Positions 1 to 13,062 of a stretch of 64,000 bases of DNA are shown piece by piece. Source of the stretch: Eledone cirrhosa (Eukaryota); NCBI GenBank assembly GCA_964016885.1, contig OZ024743.1, forward strand, positions 69,750,001-69,814,000, in the 5' to 3' direction. Every line of letters begins with the position of its first letter. Positions within the stretch are counted from its first letter, which is position 1. Under the pieces are notes generated by a model that was not told where the DNA came from, ran no database searches, and saw only the letters and a program-made list of their open reading frames with translations. The position numbers and the translations under genes are program-made.

Positions 1-230
1 GCTGATCACCGATGGGTAAAGAGGGGCTGGGTATTCCGAGTAGAACGTAGGTGTGTTTGATAGGTCGACCAAGAAAAACATCGGAGATGTAGTTAAAGAT
101 GATATCAGGACGCTGAGATCTTCTTTGAAAGGAAATGACAAATGAAGCCAACAAGAGGGGAAAGGTGTGCGAGAGAGGACCCATCCAACACCGACAAGCG
201 TGGAAAAACGGATGTAAAAATAGACGATGG
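1..230 (+). mobile_element. Degenerate RTE-clade LINE 3' end
   Basis: 62-115 reads GRPRKT / DVVKDDIRTL across a frameshift, typical of an RTE C-terminus. It ends in CAAGCGTGGAAAAACGGATGTAAAA then (GAT)n, a tail similar to 38330-38380. Confidence 0.45.
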
Positions 231-680
231 TCATGATAATGATAACAAGGATAAGGAAGACGACGAAGACGGTGATGATGGGGATAATGATAATGAAGAT
301 GAAAATGTCAATGGTGATGACGATGACGTGATGAGGGTCAACGAAAATTGATGGTCACGATAATAAAGTTGATGATGATGACGATGGTGGTGATGGTGAT
401 GCAGTGATGATGACGTCTACGATGTGGATGACGATGGTGATGATGATGATGATGATGATGATTAAGGTGATGATGACGACTACGATGTGGATGATGATGG
501 TGATGATGATGGTGATGATAATGTTAATAAAGGTGATGATGAAGTGATGATGACAATAACCAATATGATGATGCTGAAATGATGATGTCCACAACGACAT
601 CAACAGTGATGAGGATAATGCTAATAATCGTGATGATGATGGTGATGATAGTAAAGGCAATGATAATGAAGATGATGATA
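225..680. repeat. Degenerate (GAT)n microsatellite
   Basis: GAT/GAC/GGT triplet run. Confidence 0.9.
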
Positions 681-854
681 TATGAGTCATCTTTCATTGT
701 TTGTTTATCAATGGTTATATCTGTTATGTCTGAACGTCAAAATAATACATTGTTTATGACAATTTATTACTTATCATAGACTGGCGGCTAGGAATCCCAT
801 TCTGTAGCACACCACCCCAAAACATACATTCCCTCCTTCAGACAAACACACATA

Positions 855-1360
<506 letters not shown>

Positions 1361-1871
1361 GAGAAAAAGCGAAACAGAGGGGGGAGCAAAGCTGCACGGG
1401 GGAAAAATTCAAATAAATTGGCCAAACGAACAGTCGCATCTAACTTCCTCATCAAGCAAGCTCTGAGTAATGTAATAGAGTTCATTAAAGTGGTGTTACA
1501 CAATATTGATTCCAGGGTTCAGTACAACTTGAACAACCCGCTGGAAAATCCCCCCCCCCCCCACTTTTTTCCTATGATCACTGCGTTTTTTCGCCTTTTT
1601 TTCCTTACTGTTTAATTTCTTTCTCGCTACCACCACCCCTAATAATTTCTTCAAGTTATTGATGCACTGGAGTTAGACATATTTTCTTTAATGCGTTGCA
1701 ATATCCGTGATCTCCAGCAGACAATTGAAGAAGGGATTGTCCCCCGTTTGTGCTTTACTTTTATTTTCAAATAAGATATATATATATCTTTATATATATA
1801 TATATATGTATACATACACACATACACATACATACTCACAGACACACACACGCACACATTTATATATATAA

Positions 1872-1950
1872 AATGATATTAAATAAATGGAAACTATATT
1901 TATAAAACCATATTTGTTCTATTATATATATATATAATAGAACAAATATT
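1872..1950. mobile_element. Short fold-back remnant of PLE pseudo-LTR family A
   Basis: GATATTAAATAAATGGAAACTATATTTATAAAACCATATT is shared with ~38940, ~48478 and ~60790. Palindrome 1910-1949 is centred on a TA run. Confidence 0.6.
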
Positions 1951-2030
1951 CATTCTTATGGGGTCGATAAAATAAAGTACCAGTAAAACACTGGGCAATT
2001 GCTGGCTTTGTGCCAAAAGTAGAAACAATT
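1951..2030 (+). mobile_element. SINE 3' fragment
   Basis: GGGGTCGATAAAATAAAGTACCAGT...GCTGGCTTTGTGCCAAAAGTAGAAAC matches the copies at 46428-46648 and 57890-58081. Confidence 0.6.
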
Positions 2031-2104
2031 ATATATATATATATCTTTATATATATAATATATTATTCTATATTTATTCTATTATATATATATATATATA
2101 TATA

Positions 2105-2660
2105 TATGAATATGAAAACATGGCGTGCTGCGTGGTTGCAAATGGGTAAACATATGAATAAATTTAGTCCTTCATCAGTGATCTTCCAACCTTCGTTGTT
2201 ATTTCATCGCTTTAAAGACCATATACCTCCGGTTGGTGCGAGCAACGGCTAAAGAAAGTCGTTCGGTCACATAAATAGGGGGAACGAGCGAGACAGTAAA
2301 CAATCAAAGTTGGTAATGCAAAGAAAAGTGATGAAGAAGGAGTCAAATCCCTGAAATCGTTGAACATAAGTTCTGTGAAATCGTGGACGAGAGAGAATAA
2401 AGACCATCAAACCTGGTCGAAATGTGAGTAAGGAAAGAATTTCGCACAGGTCAAACGGTAGGGAGGAGTCAAATCCCTGAAACCGATGAACGTAAGTTCT
2501 GTGAAATCGTAGACGAGAGAGAATAAAGACCATACGACCTGGTCGAAGTGTGCGTGAGGAAAGAATCTCGCACAGGTCAAACGGGAGGAAGTAGGAGAGG
2601 GAGTAGCAGAGAGTGAGTGAGTGAAAGTGTGAGGAAGAGGCTAACAGAGAGAGTGACTGT
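2105..2660 (-). mobile_element. Putative PLE 3'/pseudo-LTR remnant (family B) with internal ~127-bp tandem duplication
   Basis: Homologous to 37198-38030 and 38520-38805; minus-strand CACTGATGAAGGAC; (TA)n on both sides; 2338-2585 is a two-copy duplication. Confidence 0.5.
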
Positions 2661-2933
2661 TATATATATATATATATATATCATTTTTCCAAGGAATGAT
2701 GAATAGAACAGGCCTGCATTTTCTCCAAGAAATGTTTTTTTGTCATTTCTGCTAGTTCTCACCCTCCTGTATCTCCCGCATTCTTCTTCAATTTCTCATT
2801 CTATTTTCTGATAAAAGACTATTCTCCGAAATGATAAGACACTTTTCTTACTATATCAAAAGTAAAACTAATATATTTCTTACTGCACTGTTTCGTTACC
2901 TTCATTATTACTGTATACGTCTAGCATATATAT

Positions 2934-3145
2934 ATAGGAAAATGTTCAAGACCCCGACGGCAGAGATCAACCCGTTTCGACGACTATTTCTGATCTGTCC
3001 AGAAATAGTTGCCGAAACGGTTTTAGCTCTGCTGTCGGTGTCTTGAAGATTTTCCTATTTACTACTGTACTACCCAAAGTATTGAGCACTCTGGTGCGTT
3101 ATGGTCCACTTTGTTCCTTACCACACTTCCTTCGTTATATACATA
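2934..3145. mobile_element. Fold-back pseudo-LTR remnant (family C)
   Basis: Imperfect inverted repeat 2934-3058 with 7-nt loop ATCTGTC. The arm and tail match the inverted segment 58218-58390 in front of a PLE ORF, and 21745-21800. Confidence 0.65.
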
Positions 3146-3208
3146 TATAATGCAGACGGATGCAAAAATTTATGTGTATATATATATATATATATATCAT
3201 ATTAATCG

Positions 3209-3266
<58 letters not shown>

Positions 3267-3755
3267 ATGTGTGTGTGTATATATATTAGGGTCTATTTTA
3301 AAGGATTATATATTTAATATTCCATTATTCTATTATAGAGAAAAAAACATACGATTATACTAGATTAAGATTTATTTATTTCGTTAATTAATGATCTATC
3401 TAGAATACAGGGATTTGTATACAACGGGCTTATACCTAAATAGGTCACAGCCACAAGAGCTTAAAGCGATTAAGATGAAGATAATAATAATATTAATGAT
3501 GATAATAATAATGTTTTCTTTATTAACCACAAGGGTTCACATAAAGTAGACATTAAGGACAGTACAGGACAATACAGGACGGTACAAATGGGCATTTCTG
3601 CGTGTAAAAAAACAGAGGTTGAAATAAAATAACAAAGAAAAATTCCCCAATAGGGGGGAGACTTCCAAGGGACATTTGTGGAGAAAGCCCATTAAAAGAC
3701 CACAGTGGCCCTGACCACCAGGGCAAGTGCCCTCTCCCAGTTTTCCACCTTTAAT

Positions 3756-6700
3756 TTACAGACACATACTCAGAGAAGGCCCATTCATTCGGGCCATACT
3801 TGCTTCTCTCACCCATCTTTCAACAAAATGCTGGGAAGAGAGCACTTCCCTCTCTACCCTGATTTTCCTTTTCAAATGAAATTTGAAAAAGTTAATCAGG
3901 GCATCACCGAAGAGGTAAGTGCTCGTCTTCAGCCCTTTCAAACGTGTCCACCATACTATCTCTTTCGTCATGGCCACCAGACAGATAAAAACTGCCTGCC
4001 CTTCCAGGCTAAAGGAAGGGGGCGGGGCAATCCTCACGATGGACTCAGCTGATAGCTGGATAGGTCCTACACGTGACAGCAGGTGTTCGACATAAACCCA
4101 CAAGTCAGCAATGCTCGGACACTGGACGAGTGCATGCAGGACGGTTTCGTCGCCCTGCGCGCATTTCGGACATGCCCGGCTGACGGCACCTCCATGCCTG
4201 TAGAGTTTATCCCGAACTGGCAAAGCTCCTCGGTAGCACTGCCAGGCCAGGGATTTCTGGAAGTTGTCCATAGGCCCCGGCCCGAAAGTCCTTCCGAAGA
4301 GATTGGCTAGTTGATTTTCGTCGACGCCTAGAGTTTCTCCAAGTACGTCGTCGCTCTTCCCCTCCACTAATCCCCTATAGAACGCCAAGGTGGAGTTTCC
4401 ACCGATCACATTGCCCGATTGGTCGAGGGCTGTGAGCGCCTGAAGACATTCTAGTCTCCAAGCGCTCCCTCTCGGTCTTCGCTTGACCCAGGACTGCAGC
4501 TTCGTCAAGGAGACGAGCTGGGGAAAAACGTGTCTTGCAAACGGCGACCACACCTGATCACCGTCGAGGAAGAGGTGGAGATGTCGTAGCCTGAGCGCGT
4601 GTCTGCGCATCATCAGCCACGGCATGCCCAGCCCTCCACGTAGCGGGTGTTGACAGCAGATGGACCGCCTGACCATCGGAGCGCGTCCCTTCCACAAGAA
4701 GCGAAAGAGCAAACGCTCCAGCGCAGTCAGGCGGGGCTTAGGACAAGGTACGACGGTCAGGCGGTAGTAGATGACGGATGCGATGTATGCATTCGCCACC
4801 TCCGCTCGACCTTTCAGGGATAGCTTCCTCTCGGCCCATTTCTGGGTGAGAGAAGCCACCCTGCTCGTCACCTCGTCCCAGTTTTTGTCCGTCTGGAGGT
4901 CTGGACCGAACCAGACCCCTAGCAATTTAACCGGTCCGTCCGTCCAGCGCCCGACGACGCTGTTGGACGGCATGGACCTGCCTCTCCAGGTGCCGAGCTG
5001 CAGGCCCACTGACTTTTCCTGGTTGATCATTGCTCCTGTCACCGCTTCGTATTCTCTTAGTGTAGTGCCGATCGCCTCGATGTGTTTGGCGTTCGACACC
5101 ACTACGGTGACATCGTCGGCATATGCTGACACGGATCTTCCGCATCCTAGTTCGCGCGGGACCCCCCTCAACGTCTCCAGTTTGTGCAGTAATGGCTCGA
5201 GAGTCAATACGTACAATAGGGACGAGAGGGGACATCCTTGGCGGACCGAGCGCATGATGTTGAACGGTTGCGAAAGGTGACCGTTCACTCTCACTACAGA
5301 GCATATGTCGCTGTGCATGGCAGCGATCCAGCCTCTGAAGACGGGCCCAAAGCCAGCCGCCCTCAGGACTGCCGCTAGGTAACGATGGTCGACCCTATCG
5401 AAGGCTTTCGACTGATCTAAATTGATCAAAGACCCACCCGTGCCAGGTTCCCTAGCTACCCTCTCTACGATGTATCGCATGAGGTGGAGGTTGTCGTGGA
5501 TGGATCTGTCGGGAATGGCGCATGTCTGTGCCTCTCCCACCAGACCACCAACGATAAGCGCCAACCTCTTTGCTAGCACCTTGGCCAAAATCTTGAACTC
5601 TGTGTTTAGCAGAGTTATGGGCCTAAAATTATCTATGTTATCCCCCTTGTTCGGATCCTTTCTCAGCAGCGCCACCGCTCCTCGGCTCACAGAGCTGGGA
5701 ATTCTCCCGTTCTGTTGCCAGTTGCAGTAGACGTCCGCCAAGAGTCCTCCGAACAAGTTTGGCATTTGTACGTAAAGTTCATAGAGCAGACCATCCAAAC
5801 CAGGCGATTTACCCCTTGTGCAACTAGTCATTGCATCCCGTACTTCAGCGGTTGTTATCGGCTTTTCGCAACACTCCGCCTCAGTGGCCGAAAGCCGCGG
5901 CAGTCCGTCGAGGTAGACACTAAAGTCCATCCCTCGATCCGGCCCGCCACTGCCCCCGAACAGTTGAGCGAAGTGTCGCTGAAAAGCTTCACACATTTGC
6001 CCGGGATCGAGTAGCATGCGCCCGTCGTGGTCCACCAAAGACCGGATCGTGGCTTTGTTGCCATGACGCGCCTCCGCCACTCGCGCCCATTGAACGGCTT
6101 TCGTCCCCTCGTGTCTGAGAGCACGCACCCTAGCTCTGACAACGCAGCCTTCGTGCTTTGCATTGAAGAATTGGTCAAGGGCCAATTTCGCCGCAAGTAC
6201 GTCGGTCGCGATGCCTTTGCTAAGCGCCTCATCTAATTTTCTAACTAATTCTCCCTCTGCTCTATTTTTCTCTATTGCTAAAGTCTTACTAAACCTAATG
6301 GACTCTATTCTAATTGCTCTTTTCAGAGCAAACCACCACTTGTTGTTGACGATGGCCCCCGTCCACGCCCGCTTAACTAGTTCGCTAATCCGGTCTCTGT
6401 AGGCCTTGCGCGCTGGTAAAGACGCGTTTAACTTCCAGTAGCCGGGTCCTCGTCTATGAAGCCTATCTAAGTCAAGCACACAGATCACGAATTTGTGGTC
6501 CGTGTAGCTGACTATCTTGAATTGTGGACAGCCTATGCTAGACCTATCTATTTCCCTACAAAATACTCTATCTAGATATGATCTGGATGACCCTATGCGA
6601 TTTGTCCAAGTCCACATTGGTACATTCGGGAAATCCATTCGGTACCTGTCAGACAGTTCAAAACGTCTGAGCAGGTTGGTGAGACTCTTGCACCCTCCTT

Positions 6701-7175
6701 CCCTATCCACTAATCCCACACAATCCCAGCTGGCATCTAAGATCCCGTTCCAGTCGCCCACTAACACTAAAGAGCGGGACGTTCCAAGAAAGGTCTCCAG
6801 ACGCCGGAAGAAATCAGGCCGCCCTGCTCCTGTCGGGACATAGACGGCCACTAACCTGAAAGCTTGCCCGTCTCCGCTGGTCACGTCCAGCACCACCAAC
6901 TTACCTTCTGGGTCCAGGAAGATGGCCCGTATGGCAAGATCCAAACCTCTCCGAAAAAGCACAGCAACTCCTCCCCCCGATCCCGGACGGCTGGGAGATG
7001 CGTACACATCGTAGCCGCCGAAGATCGGTGCGAAAGCCTGTGCTTCGGAGATTCTGGTCTCGCTGATGGCCACTACATCAATGTTTAGTGACCTGAGGTC
7101 GTTGAGCAGGTGGCCCTGCTTCCATGACGACCCCAAGCCACGCGCATTTATGCTGCCTATTCTGAGTGAGGTCAT
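3756..7175 (-). CDS. ORF2: APE endonuclease + reverse transcriptase + CCHC finger, 1139 aa, uninterrupted
   Basis: APE motifs SINARGL, ISET, GDWN, YLDR, YTDH. RT motifs KSPGLDG, FRPITLLN, LDQSKAFDRV, VRQGCPLS, AYADD. C-terminal CPKC...H...C. Confidence 0.95.
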   Translation of the reverse strand: MTSLRIGSINARGLGSSWKQGHLLNDLRSLNIDVVAISETRISEAQAFAPIFGGYDVYASPSRPGSGGGVAVLFRRGLDLAIRAIFLDPEGKLVVLDVTSGDGQAFRLVAVYVPTGAGRPDFFRRLETFLGTSRSLVLVGDWNGILDASWDCVGLVDREGGCKSLTNLLRRFELSDRYRMDFPNVPMWTWTNRIGSSRSYLDRVFCREIDRSSIGCPQFKIVSYTDHKFVICVLDLDRLHRRGPGYWKLNASLPARKAYRDRISELVKRAWTGAIVNNKWWFALKRAIRIESIRFSKTLAIEKNRAEGELVRKLDEALSKGIATDVLAAKLALDQFFNAKHEGCVVRARVRALRHEGTKAVQWARVAEARHGNKATIRSLVDHDGRMLLDPGQMCEAFQRHFAQLFGGSGGPDRGMDFSVYLDGLPRLSATEAECCEKPITTAEVRDAMTSCTRGKSPGLDGLLYELYVQMPNLFGGLLADVYCNWQQNGRIPSSVSRGAVALLRKDPNKGDNIDNFRPITLLNTEFKILAKVLAKRLALIVGGLVGEAQTCAIPDRSIHDNLHLMRYIVERVAREPGTGGSLINLDQSKAFDRVDHRYLAAVLRAAGFGPVFRGWIAAMHSDICSVVRVNGHLSQPFNIMRSVRQGCPLSSLLYVLTLEPLLHKLETLRGVPRELGCGRSVSAYADDVTVVVSNAKHIEAIGTTLREYEAVTGAMINQEKSVGLQLGTWRGRSMPSNSVVGRWTDGPVKLLGVWFGPDLQTDKNWDEVTSRVASLTQKWAERKLSLKGRAEVANAYIASVIYYRLTVVPCPKPRLTALERLLFRFLWKGRAPMVRRSICCQHPLRGGLGMPWLMMRRHALRLRHLHLFLDGDQVWSPFARHVFPQLVSLTKLQSWVKRRPRGSAWRLECLQALTALDQSGNVIGGNSTLAFYRGLVEGKSDDVLGETLGVDENQLANLFGRTFGPGPMDNFQKSLAWQCYRGALPVRDKLYRHGGAVSRACPKCAQGDETVLHALVQCPSIADLWVYVEHLLSRVGPIQLSAESIVRIAPPPSFSLEGQAVFICLVAMTKEIVWWTRLKGLKTSTYLFGDALINFFKFHLKRKIRVEREVLSSQHFVERWVREASMARMNGPSLSMCL

Positions 7176-7209
7176 GTTGAAAAGGAGTGGAAAAGATGGG
7201 AAAGACCAC

Positions 7210-9165
7210 TTACCTTACTTCTCGTAGGGGAAGGACGGCTTTTCCATCCTTTTCACTGCTTGTGGCCTCCTCAGGAATGATGTCCTTATAAATCCTCCTG
7301 GAGAGTGCTTGTCGGAAGTCTCCGATGTCTTTGGGGAATTTTTGTTTTAGTGTCATGTACGTTTTCTGTGTGATGCGAGTGATTTGTATGTGTGGAGGTG
7401 GTGTGAATTTTGGGGTTGTTGTGTAGTCTTTTTCTGTGATGCTGGTGTTGTGTTGGATGTAGTGTAATAATTGCTTGTTGTTCAAATTTAATGCTGTGTA
7501 GTGTGTATCGTTTTGGTTGTTTTGTTTTGTTTGCGTTTGTTGTGGGTTTGTTTCTGTTTCGAATTTTGGTGACTTTTGTGGTGTAGGTGATGGTGGTGCT
7601 GGGGATAATGATGGTGATGGTGTTGGTGTTTGGGTTGATGGGGTTGGTGATGCTGGTGTGGATGGTGGCATATCTGTCCTAACTTTTTTGTTTCTTAGTT
7701 TATTTGTTTCCCTCTGTATTTTGTTTTTGGAGGGGGAAGGAAGAGAATTTTTTCTTTTTTGGTTTCTTTTTTTTTTCCGGATATCGTTTCCCACTCCTCG
7801 TCGTCACAATCTGTCTCCAGTTGTGATAGGCCGGGGAGTGGAAAATCCTCCACAGCCGTTAGTTTTGGTTGTGGTGTGGTGGATGGTGTAGGCGCTGGTG
7901 CTAGTTCTGAGGCGTTGGGTGGTGGTGGTGTTGGTTTTGCTGGTGGTGGTAGTGGTGTTGGTTTTGCTACTGTTGCTGGGGTTGTTGCTGTTATAGTTGC
8001 TTCTGTTGTTGCTGCTACAGTTGTTGCTGCCATCTCTGCTACCGGTGGTGTTGATGGTTTTGTCACTGGGGTGGGTAGGAGAGGTGGCCTCAACCTTTTA
8101 GCCTGAGGGCAGAAAGCCCTTAGGTGGGTTCCTTCACCACAAACGACACACCTAGGTCTTCTGCCCTCGACAATTACCGTGAGGTGGCTGCCGTCAGTGA
8201 GGTCTATTACCTCTGGGATCTCCTCAATGCTTTTTTGGTCCGCTTGGATCAGGAGCTCCATCCCAGATCCGGACCAGTTTTCCTGCTTTTCTTTTGCTAC
8301 TGCTATTATTTTCGTGTTGGCTTCGATGCCGGTGAGGACAGCCGCTATTAGCCAGGGAATTTCGATGGCCGGTGGAACGTGGGTCACCCTGATCTTTACG
8401 AGTCTCTGGCCACAATAGCTTGGGACGAGTGTGAGGTCGTCACTTTTTAATGGGGCCATGGAGTGTTCTCTAGCCTCCTCTGGTGTTTCAAAGAACACAT
8501 CCACGGTTCCATACTTTTGCCCACGTCTGATGTGGGTTTTTCTTGCCCACACATGTCCCAACGCTTTTTGGATTTGGGACTCGGATGCCCGTTCCACTCG
8601 GCGCGATTTTACATTTATTGTTCTATACGACACGGTGCACAGGCGCCGATGCTCCATTTTATTAGGTGGGGGGGGTGAGGCTGACCCTGTACCCATCTTT
8701 CTTTACCATTTGTTTGGCATTTTCTAAATCTTCTTGAGTTACCGTGAACGCTTCGAATTGTTTTGCTACGATGGCGAAACTGAGGGTCGGTTTTATAATG
8801 TCATTGTTGTTGTTGTTGCTATCGTTGATATTAATTTTATTTTCAGTTGTGCTGGTGACGTCAGTCGTCTTTGGTGGGGAAGAGTCCATTTTGCTTGATT
8901 TCATTTCGACGTCACGAGTTAATTTATTTTTTTCTTCTTTTGTTTCTGTTGTCGCGGTGGTGGTGGTGGTGGAGGGTTTAACACCTGCAGTCATTGGTAA
9001 TGGCGGGAAATGAATGTCTGCCTGAGACAAATTTAAAATATTGCTACTGCTTATATTTTTTTTAGTGTTGGCAAACGTAGTAACATTTACAATGGTGGTG
9101 TCGGTGTGAGGTGTTAATTTGTGAGAAAGGCTTTCAGCTGCTTCGTGCAGAGGTGAATTAGCCAT
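7210..9165 (-). CDS. ORF1 (RRM-like region, CCHC knuckle, Pro/Thr-rich tail), split by two 1-nt homopolymer frameshifts
   Basis: ORFs 8662-9165, 7695-8696 and 7210-7794 join; knuckle CVVCGEGTHLRAFC (CX2CX4HX4C); shifts in the G-run ~8670 and T-run ~7750. Confidence 0.8.
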
Positions 9166-9375
9166 TTTTTTTTCAAAGAATTTTTTTGATAATAATAAAA
9201 GTTAAAATTTTGGGCACAAGGCCCCAATCTTTTTGGGTGTCCTTTTCGGAAAACAATGTATGTGTGCTTATAAACAGTTTACAATAAAATTTTCCATAAA
9301 TGGCAATTTTTAAACAAACGGAAATAACAAACCTTTGCGGAGCTCACGATAATACAATTTCCTACGTAGGTCGCC

Positions 9376-9405
<30 letters not shown>
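9376..9405. repeat. (AAT)10 spacer/target between LINE copies; equivalents at 3481-3512, 15263-15289 and 20826-20842
   Basis: Direct reading. Confidence 0.95.
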
Positions 9406-9407
<2 letters not shown>

Positions 9408-9666
9408 TTTCTTTATTAACCACAAGGGTTTACATAAAGTAGACATTAAGGACAGTGCAGGACAATGCAGGACGGTACAAATGGGCATTTCTGCGTGTAA
9501 TAAACAAAAACAGAGGATGTAACAAAAATAACAATGAAAATAACAATGAAAAATTCCCCAATAGGGGGGAGACTTCGGAGGGACATTTGTGGAGAAAGCC
9601 CAGTAAAAAGCCACAATGACCCTGACCACCAAGGCAAGTGCCCTCTCCCAGATTTCCACCTTTAAT

Positions 9667-12600
9667 TTACAGACACATACTCAGAGAAGGCCCATTCATT
9701 CGGGCCATACTTGCTTCTCTCACCCATCTTTCAACAAAATGCTGGGAAGAGAGCACTTCCCTCTCTACCCTGATTTTCCTTTTCAAATGAAATTTGAAGA
9801 AGTTAATCAGGGCATCACCGAAGAGGTAAGTGCTCGTCTTCAGCCCTTTCAAACGTGTCCACCATACTATCTCTTTCGCCATGGCCACCAGACAGATAAA
9901 AACTGCCTGCCCTTCCCGGCTAAATGAAGGGGGCGGGGCAATCCTCACGATGGACTCAGCTGATAGCTGGATCCGTCCTACACGTGACAGCAGGTGTTCG
10001 ACATAAACCCACAAGTCAGCAATGCTCGGACACTGGACGAGTGCGTGGAGGACGGTTTCGTCGCCCTGTGCGCATCTCGGACATGCCCGGCTGACGGCAC
10101 CTCCATGCCTGTAAAGTTTATCCCGAACTGGCAAAGCACCCCGGTAGCACTGCCAGGCCAGGGATTTCTGGAAGTTGTCGATAGGCCCCGGCCCGAAAGT
10201 CCTTCCGAAGAGATTGGCTTGTTGATTTTCGTCGACGCCTAGAGTTTCTCCAAGTACGTCGTCGCTCTTCCCCTCCACTAATCCCCTATAGAACGCCAAG
10301 GTGGATTTTCCACCGATCACATTGCCCGATTGGTCGAGGGCTGTGAGCGCCTGAAGACATTCCAGTCTCCAAGCGCTCCCTCTCGGTCTTCGCTTGACCC
10401 AGGACCGCAGCTCCGTCAAGGAGACGAGCTGGTGAAAAACGTGTCTAGCAAACGACGACCACACCTGATCACCGTCGAGGAAGAGGTGGAGATGTCGTAG
10501 CCTGAGCGCGTGTCTGCGCATCATCAGCCACGGCATGCCCAGCCCTCCACGTAGCCGGTATTGACAGCAGATGGACCGACTGACCATCGGAGCGCGTCCC
10601 TTCCACAAGAAGCGAAAGAGCAAACGCTCCAGCGCAGTCAGGCGGGGCTTCGAACAAGGTACGACGGTCAGGGGGTATTGGATGACAGATGCGATGTACG
10701 CATTCGCCACCTCCGCTCGACCTTTCAGGGATAGCTTCCTCTCGGCCCATTTCTGGGTGAGAGAAGCCACCCTGCTCGTCACCTCGTCCTAGTTTTTGTC
10801 CGTCTGGAGGTCCGGACCGAACCAGACCCCTAGCAATTTAACCGGTCCGTCCGTCCAGCGCCCGACGACGCTGTTGGACGGCATGGACCTGCCTCTCCAG
10901 GTGCCGAGCTGCAGGCCCACTGACTTTTCCTGGTTGATCATTGCTCCTGTCACCGCTTCGTATTCTCTTAGTGTAGTGCCGATCGCCTCGATGTGTTTGG
11001 CGTTCGACACCACTACGGTGACATCGCCGGCATATGCTGACACGGATCTTCCGCATCCTAGTTCGCGCGGGACCCCCCTCAACGTCTCCAGTTTGTGCAG
11101 TAATGGCTCGAGAGTCAATACGTACAATAGGGACGAGAGGGGATATCCTTGGCGGACCGAGCGCATGATGTTGAACGGTTCCGAAAGGTGACCGTTCACA
11201 CTCACTACAGAGCAGATGTCGCTGTGCATGGCAGCGATCCAGCCTCTGAAGACGGGCCCAAAGCCAGCCGCCCTCAGGACTGCCGCCAGGTAACGATGGT
11301 GGACCCTATCGAAGGCTTTCGACTGATCTAAATTGATCAAAGACCCACCCGTGCCAGGTTCCATAGCTACCCTCTCTACGATGTATCGCATGAGGTGGAG
11401 GTTGTCGTGAATGGATCTGTCGGGAATGGCGCATGTCTGTGCCTCTCCCACCAGACCACCAACGACAAGCGCCAACCTCTTTGCTAGCACCTTGGCCAAA
11501 ATCTTGAACTCTGTGTTTAGCAGAGTTATGGGCCTAAAATTATCTATGTTATCCCCTTGTTCGGATCCTTTCTCAGCAGCGCCACCGCTCCTCGGCTCAC
11601 AGATCTGGGAATTCTCCCGTTCTGTTGCCAGTTGCAGTAGACGTCCGCCAAGAGGCCTCCGAACAAGTTTGGCATTTGTACGTAAAGGTCATAGGGCAGA
11701 CCATCCAAACCAGGCGATTTACCCCTTGTGCAACTAGTCATTGCATCCCGTACTTAAGCGGTTGTTATCGGCTTTTCGCAACACTCCGCGATCCGGCCCG
11801 CCACTGCCCCTGAACAGCTGAGCGAAGTGTCGCTGAAAAGCTTCACACATTTGCCCGGGATCGAGTAGCATGCGCCCGTCGTGGTCCACCAAAGACCGGA
11901 TCGTGGCTTTGTTGCCACGACGCGCCTCCGCCACTCGCGCCCATTGAACGGCTTTCATCCCCTCGTGTCTGAGAGCACGCACCCTAGCTCTGACAACGCA
12001 GCCTTCGTGCTTTGCATTGAAGAATTGGTCAAGGGCCAATTTCGCCGCAAGTACGTCGGTCGCGATGCCTTTGCTAAGCGCCTCATCTAATTTTCTAACT
12101 AATTCTCCCTCTGCTCTATTTTTCTCTATTGCTAAAGTCTTACTAAACCTAATGGACTCTATTCTAATTGCTCTTTTCAGAGCAAACCACCACTTGTTGT
12201 TGACGATGGCCCCCGTCAACGCCCGCTTAACTAGTTCGCTAATCCGGTCTCTGTAGGCCTTGCACGCTGGTAAGGACGCGTTTAGCTTCCAGTAGCCGGG
12301 TCCTCGTCTATGAAGCCTATCTAAGGCAAGCACACAGATCACGAATTTGTGGTCCGTGTAGCTGACTATCTTGAATTGTGGACAGCCTATGCTAGACCTA
12401 TCTATTTCCTTACAAAATACTCTATCTAGATATGATCTGGATGACCCTATGCGATTTGTCCAAGTCCACATTGGTACATTCGGGAAATCCATTCGGTACC
12501 TGTCAGACAGTTCAAAACGTCTGAGCAGGTTGGTGAGACTCTTGCACCCTCCTTCCCTATCCACTAATCCCACACAATCCCAGCTGGCATCTAAGATCCC

Positions 12601-13028
12601 GTTCCAGTCGCCCACTAACACTAAAGAGCGGGACGTTCCAAGAAAGGTCTCCAGACGCCGGAAGAAATCAGGCCGCCCTGCTCCTGTCGGGGCATAGACG
12701 GCCACTAACCTGAAAGCTTGGCCGTCTCCGCTGGTCACGTCCAGCACCACCAACTTACCTTCTGGGTCCAGGAAGATGGCCCGTATGGCAAGATCCAAAC
12801 TCTCCGAAAAAGCACAGCAACTCCTCCCCCCGATCCCGGACGGCTGGGAGATGCGTACACATCGTAGCCGCCGAAGATCGGTGCGAAAGCCTGTGCTTCG
12901 GAGATTCTGGTCTCGCTGATGGCCACTACATTTATGTTTAGTGACCTGAGGTCGTTGAGCAGGTGGCCCTGCTTCCAATACGACCCCAAGCCACGCGCAT
13001 TTATGCTGCCTATTCTGAGTGAGGTCAT
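9667..13028 (-). pseudogene. Disrupted ORF2 of copy 2
   Basis: Frameshifts at ~12800 and ~11555, ~56-bp deletion at ~11789, TGG>TAG at ~10790, YADD>YAGD. Confidence 0.9.
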
Positions 13029-13062
13029 GTTGAAAAGGAGTGGAAAAGATGGGAAAGACCAC

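Larger units (their letters stand above)
3513..9375 (-). mobile_element. Full-length Tx1/L1-group non-LTR retrotransposon, copy 1
   Basis: Starts GGCGACCTACGTAG after (TTA)n; 5'UTR, ORF1, ORF2; 3'UTR ends CCTTGTGGTTAATAAAGAAAAC + (ATT)n. Confidence 0.93.

Noticed and set aside
4083-7088. Antisense and overlapping ORFs within LINE ORF2
   Set aside because: Expected shadows of GC-rich coding sequence; no recognisable motifs.
8662-8700. Programmed frameshift or separate ORF0 in ORF1
   Set aside because: The two copies shift in opposite directions in the same G-run, which fits indel noise.
9280-9375. HDV-like ribozyme at the precise LINE 5' end
   Set aside because: P1/P3/P1.1 could not be built; the CCTACGTAGG palindrome is not fully kept in copy 2.
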